DNA of 57,937 nt from positions 1 to 57,937 of IMG/VR virus record IMGVR_UViG_3300029135_000007. The stretch is one strand, 5' to 3'. A program made the translations under genes and the position numbers. Under the pieces are notes generated by a model. That model saw only the letters and a list, made by a program, of their open reading frames with translations. It ran no database searches and was not told the DNA's origin. Positions 33,255-41,036 of this stretch are shown piece by piece (position 1 is the stretch's first letter; every line of letters starts with the position of its first letter). Origin of the DNA: a virus.

Positions 33255-33573
33255 TTGCCATTGCAAATCACGGCTATACCATGCTTTGCCTTTGCTTTTC
33301 TGCTCCTAGCTACTCAATGCCAAAGCATGTCGTATCTACTTATTGCCATCGCTTCGCTACGCCTTGCATCGCCTTTGCATATCAAAGCTACGCCTTGCAT
33401 CCATAGCCTTTGCTCTCCCCAACTTTTCCTTGCCATTCCATTGCTCGTCTGAGCCTTGCTCCGCCATTCCTTTGCAGATCTTATTAAATCAGCGCATCGC
33501 CATTGCCACTCAAATCGCTTCGTCTTCAAGCATTGCCTTAGCATTTCTGAGCCAATCGTCACTATGCCGTTGC
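33255..33573 (+). repeat. strand-biased TTGC-motif array (16 copies; includes GCCTTGCATC x2, TTGCAT x3, CCATTGC x3) in an ORF-poor gap
   Basis: TTGC counted at 33255, 33261, 33286, 33292, 33343, 33364, 33375, 33395, 33410, 33430, 33441, 33456, 33472, 33503, 33533 and 33570. The 15-bp direct repeat gctacgccttgcatc occurs at 33356 and 33387. Confidence 0.8.
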
Positions 33574-33616
33574 CGTTCCACGCCGAGTGCAGCACGGCCC
33601 CACCCTGCCATAGCGG

Positions 33617-34240
33617 TTAATTGAGGATTTCGTAGGTATAGCGGCCTTTGCCGCTGTTTCTCCACTGGCCGATGCCACGCAGAGCGCCGTAGTCCAGCCA
33701 TTCACGCACGACCTTCTCGTGAGAATCGTCCAGCAGAACGATTTCAAACTCGCAGGTCGAACCAGCGGGAATCTGCTCGCTGTTGGCGAGGCTTACCCTC
33801 TCGCCCTGCGCCGTCTGTGCACGGAGAGGGCGCTGACACTCGGTAATCTCACCGTTCACATGAATGGGAATCATCCGGGGAGACACGAAAATCAGACCAT
33901 CAATGACCTTCTTGTAGGCCGTCAGCTTTCCGGATTCGTTGACAGCTTTCTTCTTGCCAGTTTCGGTTTTTCCGCCGATACGACCCAACATACCACAGGA
34001 ATCCTTGAAGAAGCCTTTAATCTGGTAGTCATACAAGATAGGCTCGCCGTTTTCGTTGCGAGGAAACACCGTCATGCCCTTATCTGCCACAGCATCAGCG
34101 CCCAGAGCAGCAACCTCGTCCTCGATGGTATTTGCATCCGGGGACTTGCTGGCGATGAACTCGCGTGCAATGTTCTGATTGCTAGGCCAAGTGCCGAGAA
34201 CGGCTTCGATGAATGTGATTCTTACTTTGATTTTTTTCAT
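33617..34240 (-). CDS. hypothetical protein with RAMP-like glycine-rich C-terminal loop (tentative)
   Basis: 207 aa; ...PILYDYQIKGFFKDSCG... and C-terminal ...GALRGIGQWRNSGKGRYTYEI. Confidence 0.45.
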   Translation of the reverse strand: MKKIKVRITFIEAVLGTWPSNQNIAREFIASKSPDANTIEDEVAALGADAVADKGMTVFPRNENGEPILYDYQIKGFFKDSCGMLGRIGGKTETGKKKAVNESGKLTAYKKVIDGLIFVSPRMIPIHVNGEITECQRPLRAQTAQGERVSLANSEQIPAGSTCEFEIVLLDDSHEKVVREWLDYGALRGIGQWRNSGKGRYTYEILN

Positions 34241-34435
34241 TTTTGCTCTCTCTTTCTTTCTCGATATGTTCCAGTCTTAAAGGTTCACGCTCTTTCCAGC
34301 GCTTCTGCCACAGACTGCTTTTGTTAAAGTTGCTTATTGCTTTCTTCATTGTTTGCCATCCTTCGCTTGCGTTGGATGTGCTCCAGCCGGTCTTTCTCCC
34401 GGCTGTGCCAGCGGATTTCCCGCTTGCCGTAGTAC

Positions 34436-34915
34436 TTACCGTTCATCAGGGGCCTTCACCTTTCCCTGTGCAAGTAAAGTACTGTAATGGCCGTAGCTCA
34501 TGCCGTATCGTTTTGCGGCATCGTTCATCTGTCGCACGGTATACTTTGGAGGCTCGTGCTTTTGAGGTCTCGCACGTTCTGGCTCCTGCACATCCCAAGT
34601 AATTTTGAACTCACCAGATGCTTTTAGCTCATTCAGCTCTTTTTGCTTTTTGGCTTTGTACTTTTTGGTCAAAGCCTTGTTTGCATCTGCTGCACATTCA
34701 GGGTGATACTTCTGAGACCAGACCTTCCGAACCATTGGCTTCTTGCACCAAGCGCATAAAGCCGGTTCCGGCTTAGCCTTGATTCCTTTCTTTATAAGAG
34801 CCTGCCGTTCTCTGCGAACAATGATTTTACATTCTTCACAGTATTTCTTGCACGGATTTACAAGGCCAAGAAAGACACCGCAGCGCTCACAGTATTTAAT
34901 TTCCATCCACTTCAC
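34436..34915 (-). CDS. zinc-finger protein
   Basis: CERCG...CKKYCEEC and CAWCKK...HPEC clusters; basic middle region. Confidence 0.4.
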   Translation of the reverse strand: MKWMEIKYCERCGVFLGLVNPCKKYCEECKIIVRRERQALIKKGIKAKPEPALCAWCKKPMVRKVWSQKYHPECAADANKALTKKYKAKKQKELNELKASGEFKITWDVQEPERARPQKHEPPKYTVRQMNDAAKRYGMSYGHYSTLLAQGKVKAPDER

Positions 34916-35141
34916 TTGCCTTTCTTAAGGCTCTTTCATTGTGTTCAGAAAAACACTGGTCAAGAAACTGGATGAACTTTGCGATTTTCTTTGCATCTTC
35001 CGGCGTACAACCATTTTCCACAAAACGTCTTGTCGCCTGTTCACGCTTGAAATCCGAGTAGGTCTTGGCCGCAGCGTCAATGGCAAACTTGGCTTCTTCT
35101 GGGTATTCAAGGTCTACCTTCAAGGTGATAATCTTCTCCAT
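34896..35141 (-). CDS. hypothetical protein
   Basis: Start taken at MEKIITLKVDLEY. Confidence 0.4.
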   Translation of the reverse strand: MEKIITLKVDLEYPEEAKFAIDAAAKTYSDFKREQATRRFVENGCTPEDAKKIAKFIQFLDQCFSEHNERALRKASEVDGN

Positions 35142-35143
35142 GT

Positions 35144-35929
35144 TCAGTCCTCCCATCCTCCGAAATCTTGCTGTTCTGCAACAGCCCTGGTCTCGATTCT
35201 CGGCGTGATGCCAAGCTTCTTGAGTTGCTCATGGATGAGCTTTTCACCCTCGACCGTCCAGACCGTTGTATTTGGAATGTAAGTCTTGCCGTTAGAGCGC
35301 TGAATGGCCTTGCCCTTGCGGTTCTTGGTGTAGCCCTTACCCTGATAGGGTTTGTACAGCACCCACTGACCATCGCTGTCTTTGTACTGGACTCGCTGGC
35401 TGTAAAGCAGCTTGTTCAGCTTTTCAGCAGTCAAACCGTAGTCCTTTGCGATGCTGGTGGCTGTCCGGCAGTTGTCTGCAATACACACGGCCCTGGCAAA
35501 CTCTGCATCCGGTGTCAGCTCTGCAATCCGTTTGTCCTTCTCTTCCAGCTCTTCGTGCGCTGCGATCAGCGCAGTTGCAAGGAGCTGTGAGCGGGTAAGC
35601 TGCGGTGCGTTGTAGCTTCCAGTCTTACGGATTGCAGGAAGCACATCGTTCGTTACCCATCTGCGGAACGGTGCCGCTTCTGACTTGTCGCTGCGGAGGA
35701 TGACGTGGTACAAACCGCTCTCGTTGACAATTACCATTTCCTGTTTGCCGCCAAGGGTGTCAATCAGGCTGACACCCTTTTCGTCATCATCTAATCGGTC
35801 AGCAGCCATGCGGTTATTGCTAATACCAAGCACAGCGCACACGTCTTTCAGAACGAACCATGCTTCGCCGTCCATATCAACCGTGCGAACTTTGCTGTTC
35901 TGATATTCAAAAACTTGAATGTTTGCCAT
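35144..35929 (-). CDS. BRO-N / KilAC-type phage antirepressor
   Basis: N-terminus ...FEYQNSKVRTVDMDGEAWFVLKDVCAVLG...ESGLYHVILRSDKSEAAPFRRWVTNDVLPAIRKTG; C-terminal half is KilAC-like (...ATSIAKDYGLTAEKLNKLL...). Confidence 0.8.
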   Translation of the reverse strand: MANIQVFEYQNSKVRTVDMDGEAWFVLKDVCAVLGISNNRMAADRLDDDEKGVSLIDTLGGKQEMVIVNESGLYHVILRSDKSEAAPFRRWVTNDVLPAIRKTGSYNAPQLTRSQLLATALIAAHEELEEKDKRIAELTPDAEFARAVCIADNCRTATSIAKDYGLTAEKLNKLLYSQRVQYKDSDGQWVLYKPYQGKGYTKNRKGKAIQRSNGKTYIPNTTVWTVEGEKLIHEQLKKLGITPRIETRAVAEQQDFGGWED

Positions 35930-35944
35930 TTTTTCTCTCCCTTC

Positions 35945-36166
35945 TTACACTCCCGAATCCTGAATATTCAAAATCCGGCAGATGCTTTTCTTGATGCCGG
36001 GCGTTTCCAGCTTTCCTGTCTTAACCTTGAAAAGGTAAGAACGGTCAAAATATCGTCCGGTGTCCTCCTTGACTTTTTCAATCAACCAGTCATTGGTCTT
36101 GTCTTTTTGGATAAGAGCAATCTCGATTTGTTTGCCAAAGTCACACAGAGGCTTTTTTTCAGCCAT
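35945..36166 (-). CDS. Cro-like small DNA-binding protein
   Basis: 73 aa, divergent from the XRE repressor gene across an operator-rich 177-bp gap. Confidence 0.45.
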   Translation of the reverse strand: MAEKKPLCDFGKQIEIALIQKDKTNDWLIEKVKEDTGRYFDRSYLFKVKTGKLETPGIKKSICRILNIQDSGV

Positions 36167-36343
36167 TATTTCACCTCCGGCTATTGATTTTTACGCATAA
36201 GTGTAATATAATGAAGTTGCTAGAAATCATTCATTACGCCTTCGCGGTACGGTCTTAGTATAATACGCTTTCGCGTAAAATGCAAGGCCTTTTTTAAGCG
36301 TTCGCGTAATTTCAGCAAACCTTACAATGCGAGGACTGGAATT
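36167..36343. promoter_or_regulatory. genetic-switch region: divergent promoters and repeated TTACGC/GCGTAA operator half-sites
   Basis: TTGATT-17-TATAAT at 36184-36212; a second TATAAT at 36259; TTACGC at 36191 and 36234; GCGTAA at 36273 and 36304; near-palindrome TACGCTTTCGCGTA at 36264-36277. Confidence 0.6.
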
Positions 36344-36673
36344 ATGGCAAACTTGTACGAAAATATTGAAAAACTCTGCAAGCAGCGTGGAGTAAACGTG
36401 ACCACTATGTGCAAGGAATCGGGCGCAAGTCGTGGGTCTTTGACCGATTTGAAGAACGGAAGAAAGCAAACATTGAAATATGAAACGCTTGATAAGATAG
36501 CTTCTTATTTTGAAACAAGCGTGGATGCTTTGGTTTCTGGCGAGCAAAAAGAAAACCCGCCCCAGCAGCCGCAAAGTGAAGTCGATGCAGCAGTGGAGCG
36601 GATTAGAAAAAAGCTTGAATCTATGCCGACAGCGCAGCGTGAAGCGCTGATGAACCTGATCGAGAAGATGTGA
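36344..36673 (+). CDS. XRE-family HTH repressor (CI-like)
   Basis: ...NIEKLCKQRGVNVTTMCKESGASRGSLTDLKNGRKQ... is a canonical XRE HTH. Confidence 0.75.
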   Translation: MANLYENIEKLCKQRGVNVTTMCKESGASRGSLTDLKNGRKQTLKYETLDKIASYFETSVDALVSGEQKENPPQQPQSEVDAAVERIRKKLESMPTAQREALMNLIEKM

Positions 36674-36682
36674 GGTAAGCCC

Positions 36683-36817
36683 GTGTATTACTTGTTGTGC
36701 GGCTGTGCCTTTTGCTTTTGGTTCATGCAGGCCTTGTTAAAAGGCAATGACCGTGTACTATATGGCAACAGCAGAAAATATCGTTACCGTAGAAACCGAA
36801 AAAAGAAATGGTTCTGA
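36683..36817 (+). CDS. small hydrophobic/basic peptide (44 aa, GTG start); type I toxin-like or membrane peptide
   Basis: RBS gagg 7 nt upstream; VYYLLCGCAFCFWFMQALLKGNDRVLYGNSRKYRYRRNRKKKWF. Confidence 0.3.
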   Translation: MYYLLCGCAFCFWFMQALLKGNDRVLYGNSRKYRYRRNRKKKWF

Positions 36818-36830
36818 CCCGGTAAAATAA

Positions 36831-36876
36831 AAACCCCCTTGTACCGGGCTGGTGTAGCTCTGCGCAAGGGGTTTTC
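36831..36876. terminator. bidirectional terminator shared by convergent small transcription units
   Basis: aaaaaccccttg...caaggggtttt: stem flanked by an A-run and a T-run. Confidence 0.5.
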
Positions 36877-36878
36877 TG

Positions 36879-36980
36879 TTATTCCAGGTCTAGGACTTGC
36901 TCAGCTGCCGGAATCTTTTCAGGGTGTTCCAACAACCATGCGATAAACCTGTCAATCTCCGCTCTTTCTTGTTCGCTCAT
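36879..36980 (-). CDS. small ORF (33 aa) in its own promoter-to-terminator unit; the transcript could act as an RNA
   Basis: RBS gggagga; MSEQERAEIDRFIAWLLEHPEKIPAAEQVLDLE. Confidence 0.35.
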   Translation of the reverse strand: MSEQERAEIDRFIAWLLEHPEKIPAAEQVLDLE

Positions 36981-37027
36981 TGCAGCATATCCTCCCGATC
37001 AGTAAATACGAATGTTCATTTGATATG

Positions 37028-37055
37028 ATTATACATCTTTTGGTTGTGTAGTCAA
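37028..37055 (-). promoter_or_regulatory. promoter TTGACT-16-TATAAT driving the 36980..36879 unit
   Basis: Minus strand reads ttgactacacaaccaaaagatgtataat. Confidence 0.55.
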
Positions 37056-37171
37056 TATAATTTGAACAACTTCGCAAAAATCGAATGTTTTCTTCACATC
37101 CGTTACTTTTCATCGGGGAAGCCACGAGCGTTCAAGTCAAAAGGGACAACGCCTATCCATCTTTCCTCCAA

Positions 37172-37378
37172 TCACAGCTCTACGAGCTGTCCGTCAATGC
37201 GTTCGATGTTATCTGCCGGGTCGCGTCCATCGTCTAAGGCAGCTACGGCACGTTCCAGGATGCCTTTCGCTTCGAGGTAAGCATCTTTATCAGCTTCGTA
37301 CCCAGAAAGGCTCAGGACAAGCTCCAGCGTCCGTCTGCGGGCGTATGGGACAATCAGAGCATCTACAGTTCGGTTCAT
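37172..37378 (-). CDS. hypothetical protein (68 aa)
   Basis: Start taken at MNRTVDAL; overlaps the upstream stop. Confidence 0.4.
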   Translation of the reverse strand: MNRTVDALIVPYARRRTLELVLSLSGYEADKDAYLEAKGILERAVAALDDGRDPADNIERIDGQLVEL

Positions 37379-37488
37379 TAGCTTTCCTCCCATGGTTCAG
37401 GTGTGTGTGGCTGCCCATCGGTAATGCTGGCGGGCATTCCGTCGATGATTAGCATACGTTCATGGTTCCAGATTGCAGTTTCTTTCAT
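37378..37488 (-). CDS. small hypothetical protein (36 aa)
   Basis: MKETAIWNHERMLIIDGMPASITDGQPHTPEPWEES. The rest of track ORF 37378..37842 is antisense to the HTH gene. Confidence 0.3.
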   Translation of the reverse strand: MKETAIWNHERMLIIDGMPASITDGQPHTPEPWEES

Positions 37489-37630
37489 TTTGTGTTTCCT
37501 TTCTATTTGGAATTTTTTGACAATACAGTTATAACACAGGCTGCTGTTGGTTCTCCATAGCAGCTTTTTCCATTTTTTGGCTTGTCGAATCCAGCAGTTT
37601 TGCAGAATTTTGTTGAAAAGGCGTGAATTT

Positions 37631-38224
37631 ATGGATGAATATTTGGTAAGAACGGCCAAAACATTAGAGATGGCACGGATGCGTTCCGGCTTAAGCCAAC
37701 AGAAATTAGCAGCACGAATGGGCGTGAATCGTGGCACGATTGCCAACTGGGAGCAAGGTCTGGCAGCCATTTCCCTGCCAATGGCTATGCGCTGGTTCAC
37801 CTGTTGCGGCGTATCGGCGGCTCGATACATGGACGCTTGCATTTATCCTGGATTGCTGGAGCATCTGGAAGACGACCTTCCTGGTCTGGAGAAGCGGCAG
37901 ATTCTCATAGATGCTATGATGGAATGTTCTTCCTATGAGATAGATGCCTTGTTGTATATCCGGTACGGAGATCACGGCTCAGACCATATGGGTGTGCTGA
38001 CGGAGGTTCTGGCAAACCTCCACACACCATTGAAGGACAGGGTCTCTGTTTGCCGGATGGTATCGGGCAATTACGAGATAGCGCAAGCTACCGGAACAGA
38101 CCCAGACCCGAATGGAACCGCCCCGAAGATGGAAATACTCTATCAGGCGCAAGATGCCGGGACGGAAGCCGCTATGAAGTCCAACGATTCTTATACCGTG
38201 AATCCGAATAATATAAGCGGCTGA
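37631..38224 (+). CDS. XRE-family HTH regulator with C-terminal extension
   Basis: Start taken at MDEYLVRTAK; ...MARMRSGLSQQKLAARMGVNRGTIANWEQG... Confidence 0.65.
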   Translation: MDEYLVRTAKTLEMARMRSGLSQQKLAARMGVNRGTIANWEQGLAAISLPMAMRWFTCCGVSAARYMDACIYPGLLEHLEDDLPGLEKRQILIDAMMECSSYEIDALLYIRYGDHGSDHMGVLTEVLANLHTPLKDRVSVCRMVSGNYEIAQATGTDPDPNGTAPKMEILYQAQDAGTEAAMKSNDSYTVNPNNISG

Positions 38225-38295
38225 TTGTCGAATTATCGCAGTTTTTGAAGAACATTTTGTCCACTTTTTGTACACCTATCGGGCGAATTCGCCTT

Positions 38296-38410
38296 GTCAT
38301 TCCGTCCCCCATAGGCTATGAATCGACAACATTTGCGCGGAATAAATAACGTAGTAGCGATAATATATAGCTTGCATTTAATCGGCTCGTCAATCCGTCC
38401 CCCATAACAC
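38296..38410 (-). repeat. two inverted iteron cores GTCCCCCAT (38304-38312, 38397-38405) with the flanking repeat cactttttgtacac (38262, 38431)
   Basis: Read directly; these are reverse complements of the ATGGGGGAC iteron core. Confidence 0.75.
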
Positions 38411-38500
38411 CGGCTCAAAAGTTTTTCATACACTTTTTGTACACGTTAGATAAGACTAATCATTGCCGGAAAGACTTTATTCAGCAAATGGAAGGTTGAG

Positions 38501-38509
38501 TTATCCACA
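38501..38509 (+). promoter_or_regulatory. DnaA box, perfect consensus TTATCCACA
   Basis: gagttatccacaagc, read directly; followed by a roughly 90-bp AT-rich stretch (38520-38612). Confidence 0.7.
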
Positions 38510-38614
38510 AGCTGGAATGGGAAAATAAAGAAATTGTTGAAAATTATCGTCATCGCCTATTTAACGATGATATTTAACCTCTTGTTTATTTCTTGTTTAA
38601 TATATAATATGTAG

Positions 38615-38725
38615 ATGGGGGACGAAATGACAAAGCATGGGGGACGTTTTGACAAGTCACGGGGGACGTTTTGACGACCCTATGGGGGACAAAAAGACAA
38701 ACCATGGGGGACGGAGTGTATTGAC
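38615..38725 (+). repeat. five direct 22-bp iterons (A(T/C)GGGGGAC-N13), plasmid-type oriV
   Basis: Starts at 38615, 38637, 38659, 38682 and 38704 (spacing 22, 22, 23, 22), directly upstream of the rep promoter. Confidence 0.9.
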
Positions 38726-38749
38726 TTGTCCCCCGGTCTGTGCTATACT
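38721..38749 (+). promoter_or_regulatory. rep promoter TTGACT-17-TATACT with an inverted iteron core in the spacer
   Basis: ttgact tgtcccccggtctgtgc tatact; GTCCCCC at 38728-38734 suggests Rep autoregulation. Confidence 0.6.
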
Positions 38750-38778
38750 GTTTTTGGGCTGATAAAGGAGGCGAACAG

Positions 38779-39858
38779 ATGCCTAAAATATCCGACAACA
38801 ACCTTGTTGAAAAAAGCAAATCCCTTGTGTGGGCAAAGTTTAGGGACTACACGGCAGGTGAGCTTCGATTGCTAGAGGTTTACTTGTCAAGAATAAATCC
38901 GAGAGACCCAAACAGCAGCCGCGTGGAGTTCTCGCTGGCAGAGTACAGAGACCTTCTGGGTTTAAAAAGCCTTGATGCACGAAGGATTGAGCCGCAGATC
39001 AAGCACTTTCTGGGCAATACGGTGTCGATTCCCATTGACAAAGAGAAGGGGACGTTTGAGAGCTTTGTCCTTTTCACAAGGGCAAAACTGGACTATGCGC
39101 CAGAAACAAGGTCTTATGTTGTGGCAATCACTTGCAACCCTGACCTTCGTCCCATCTTTTTTGATATTGCCGAAAGCGGGTACGTTCGGTATCGTCTACG
39201 TTACACATCACGAATGAAGTCTCAGTACAGCATTCTGCTTTATTCGATTCTTCGGGACTGGATGAACATGGACAACAAGCCGCATGAAATCAGTCTGAAA
39301 AAACTGAGAGAACAGCTCGGTGCGATGGAAGCGAGCTACGATGTTTACAAGAACCTTCGCAAACGAGTGCTTGACGTTGCAGTAGATGAAATCAATGCTG
39401 TGTCTGACATTGTGGTGACCTATGAACCGGTTCTTGTGGCACGAAAGGCTGTGGCAGTCAAGTTTAAGCCAAAAATTAAAGCGTCTGAGACGTTGATTGA
39501 AGCTCAGTCAAGCGAAGTATCAACCGAACCTCAAAAAAACGCCAGAAAGCCCCGCAGAAGCGGATACGAGGATTTTGACTGGTCTGTATGTGACGAGCTG
39601 GAAAAGCAAGACTGCATTGACGTGGCAAAAGTGGTTGAGAAGTGGATGAAGAAAGAGCATCCAGAAATCAAGTTGCCAAGACGCAGAGAAGCGGTTTACG
39701 ATACGGTAAAGGCAGCATATAAGGACATCTTATCTTTGGACAGGTCTCCGTTTCCCGACAGACCTGTTGGCTATCTGATTAGAAGCGTGGACAAAGCGGG
39801 TATCGTAGACAAGTATATGCCAGCGTTTTATTCCATTGAAGCGCTTAACAGCAAATAA
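38779..39858 (+). CDS. plasmid replication initiator (Rep_3 / RepB-like, iteron-binding)
   Basis: Start at ATG 38779 after RBS aaaggagg. ...LVWAKFRDYTAGELRLLEVYLSRIN...RYTSRMKSQYSILLYSILRDW... is typical of winged-helix Rep_3 initiators; iterons lie immediately upstream. Confidence 0.75.
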   Translation: MPKISDNNLVEKSKSLVWAKFRDYTAGELRLLEVYLSRINPRDPNSSRVEFSLAEYRDLLGLKSLDARRIEPQIKHFLGNTVSIPIDKEKGTFESFVLFTRAKLDYAPETRSYVVAITCNPDLRPIFFDIAESGYVRYRLRYTSRMKSQYSILLYSILRDWMNMDNKPHEISLKKLREQLGAMEASYDVYKNLRKRVLDVAVDEINAVSDIVVTYEPVLVARKAVAVKFKPKIKASETLIEAQSSEVSTEPQKNARKPRRSGYEDFDWSVCDELEKQDCIDVAKVVEKWMKKEHPEIKLPRRREAVYDTVKAAYKDILSLDRSPFPDRPVGYLIRSVDKAGIVDKYMPAFYSIEALNSK

Positions 39859-39873
39859 AGAAAGAGTGATAAA

Positions 39874-40644
39874 ATGGCAAAAATCATAGCTGTCGCCAAC
39901 CAGAAAGGCGGCACAGGAAAGACTACCACAAGCACCTGTCTAGCAGGTGCGTTGCAGTTGCTTGGCAAGAAGGTGTTGCTGGTGGACTGCGATGCCCAGT
40001 GCAACGCAACGGACACCTACGGCGCACAGACAGAGGATGTGTGTACCCTGTTCGATGTAATGACCCGGCAAGGAACAGTGGAAGAAGGAATCCAGCACTG
40101 CGAAGCCGGTGACATTCTGCCGTCAGACAACGCATTGAAGGACATTGACGAGCAGCTTGTCCGGGACATGGGCAAGAACTTCCGGCTGCGAGAAGCCCTT
40201 GAAAGCGTGTCTGGGCAGTATGATTACATTGTGTTGGACACTCCCCCGCAGCTTGGTCTTGCGCTTGTGAATGCGCTGATCGCCGCTAACAGCATCATCG
40301 TGCCCATTACAGCAGACCGATATGCGCTTGCCGGATTGAGCCAGCTTTCGCAGACCATTGGTGACGTTCGCAGATACTTCAATCCGACTTTGAAGATTGA
40401 AGGTCTGCTTCTAAACCAGTACAAGAGCCGTGAGAACCTGTCCAAAGAGGTCGTAGAGCAGCTTCCTGTGATTGCAGAAAGTATGGGAACAAGGCTGTTG
40501 GACGTGAAGATTAGACCATCTATGGGCGTTCGTAAGGCGCAGGCAGAGCGGCACAGCCTGTTTAGTGGTGACACGGCAAAGAGTACAAGCGCAGAGGACT
40601 TCAAGGCGTTGGCGAAGATGATTGTAGAGGGGAAAGAAAAATGA
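39874..40644 (+). CDS. parA: ParA/Soj-family partition ATPase
   Basis: Deviant Walker A in MAKIIAVANQKGGTGKTTT...; ...VLLVDCDAQ...; 15 nt downstream of rep. Confidence 0.9.
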   Translation: MAKIIAVANQKGGTGKTTTSTCLAGALQLLGKKVLLVDCDAQCNATDTYGAQTEDVCTLFDVMTRQGTVEEGIQHCEAGDILPSDNALKDIDEQLVRDMGKNFRLREALESVSGQYDYIVLDTPPQLGLALVNALIAANSIIVPITADRYALAGLSQLSQTIGDVRRYFNPTLKIEGLLLNQYKSRENLSKEVVEQLPVIAESMGTRLLDVKIRPSMGVRKAQAERHSLFSGDTAKSTSAEDFKALAKMIVEGKEK

Positions 40645-41036
40645 GCGATTTGTACCCACATCTTTTGAATGCAACTTGTTCTGATGACACGGAGCAAGTC
40701 TACATTATCAATTTTGGTTTTTCATTTAATGACCTTTCCGATAAAGAGAAAGAAATGGCGTTTCATTCTCAGTGGTATCTAGCTGAAAAATATTGCAAAA
40801 AGTGGCAGAAAGAACTTGCAAATAATCAATGGGCGAAATCAGAAGATGAAATGCCAGATGAACTAAACCCATACGTTATCGGGTTTAGCAAAGACGAATA
40901 CGATGTAGAAATTGTAGGCTATGAAAAAGATTTTAAGGAATGGCGGGACAAAAGCGGAAAACCGCATAATATAACTCACTGGATGCCATTGCCGACCGTT
41001 CCTGATCTTGATGAAGATTGGGAGGAAGATGAATGA
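40641..41036 (+). CDS. DUF551-like protein
   Basis: C-terminal ...KPHNITHWMPLPTVPD motif. Confidence 0.55.
   Translation: MSDLYPHLLNATCSDDTEQVYIINFGFSFNDLSDKEKEMAFHSQWYLAEKYCKKWQKELANNQWAKSEDEMPDELNPYVIGFSKDEYDVEIVGYEKDFKEWRDKSGKPHNITHWMPLPTVPDLDEDWEEDE

Noticed and set aside
33314-33624. 93-aa ORFs on both strands across the TTGC array
   Set aside because: Mutually overlapping, no RBS, Trp/Cys/Arg-rich improbable sequences generated by the repeats themselves.
37378-37842. 154-aa minus-strand ORF
   Set aside because: Its upstream 118 codons run antisense through the promoter and start of the XRE regulator gene and have no RBS. Only the terminal 36-codon ORF (37378-37488), which has an ATG, is plausible.
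38615-38725. Possible CRISPR array. Candidates considered: the iterons, the 18.3-19.5 kb motif array and the 33.3 kb array
   Set aside because: Repeat units are 22 bp abutting each other with no spacers (the iterons), or only 4-11 bp with irregular spacing. No 25-40 bp repeat-spacer periodicity and no cas genes occur anywhere in the window.
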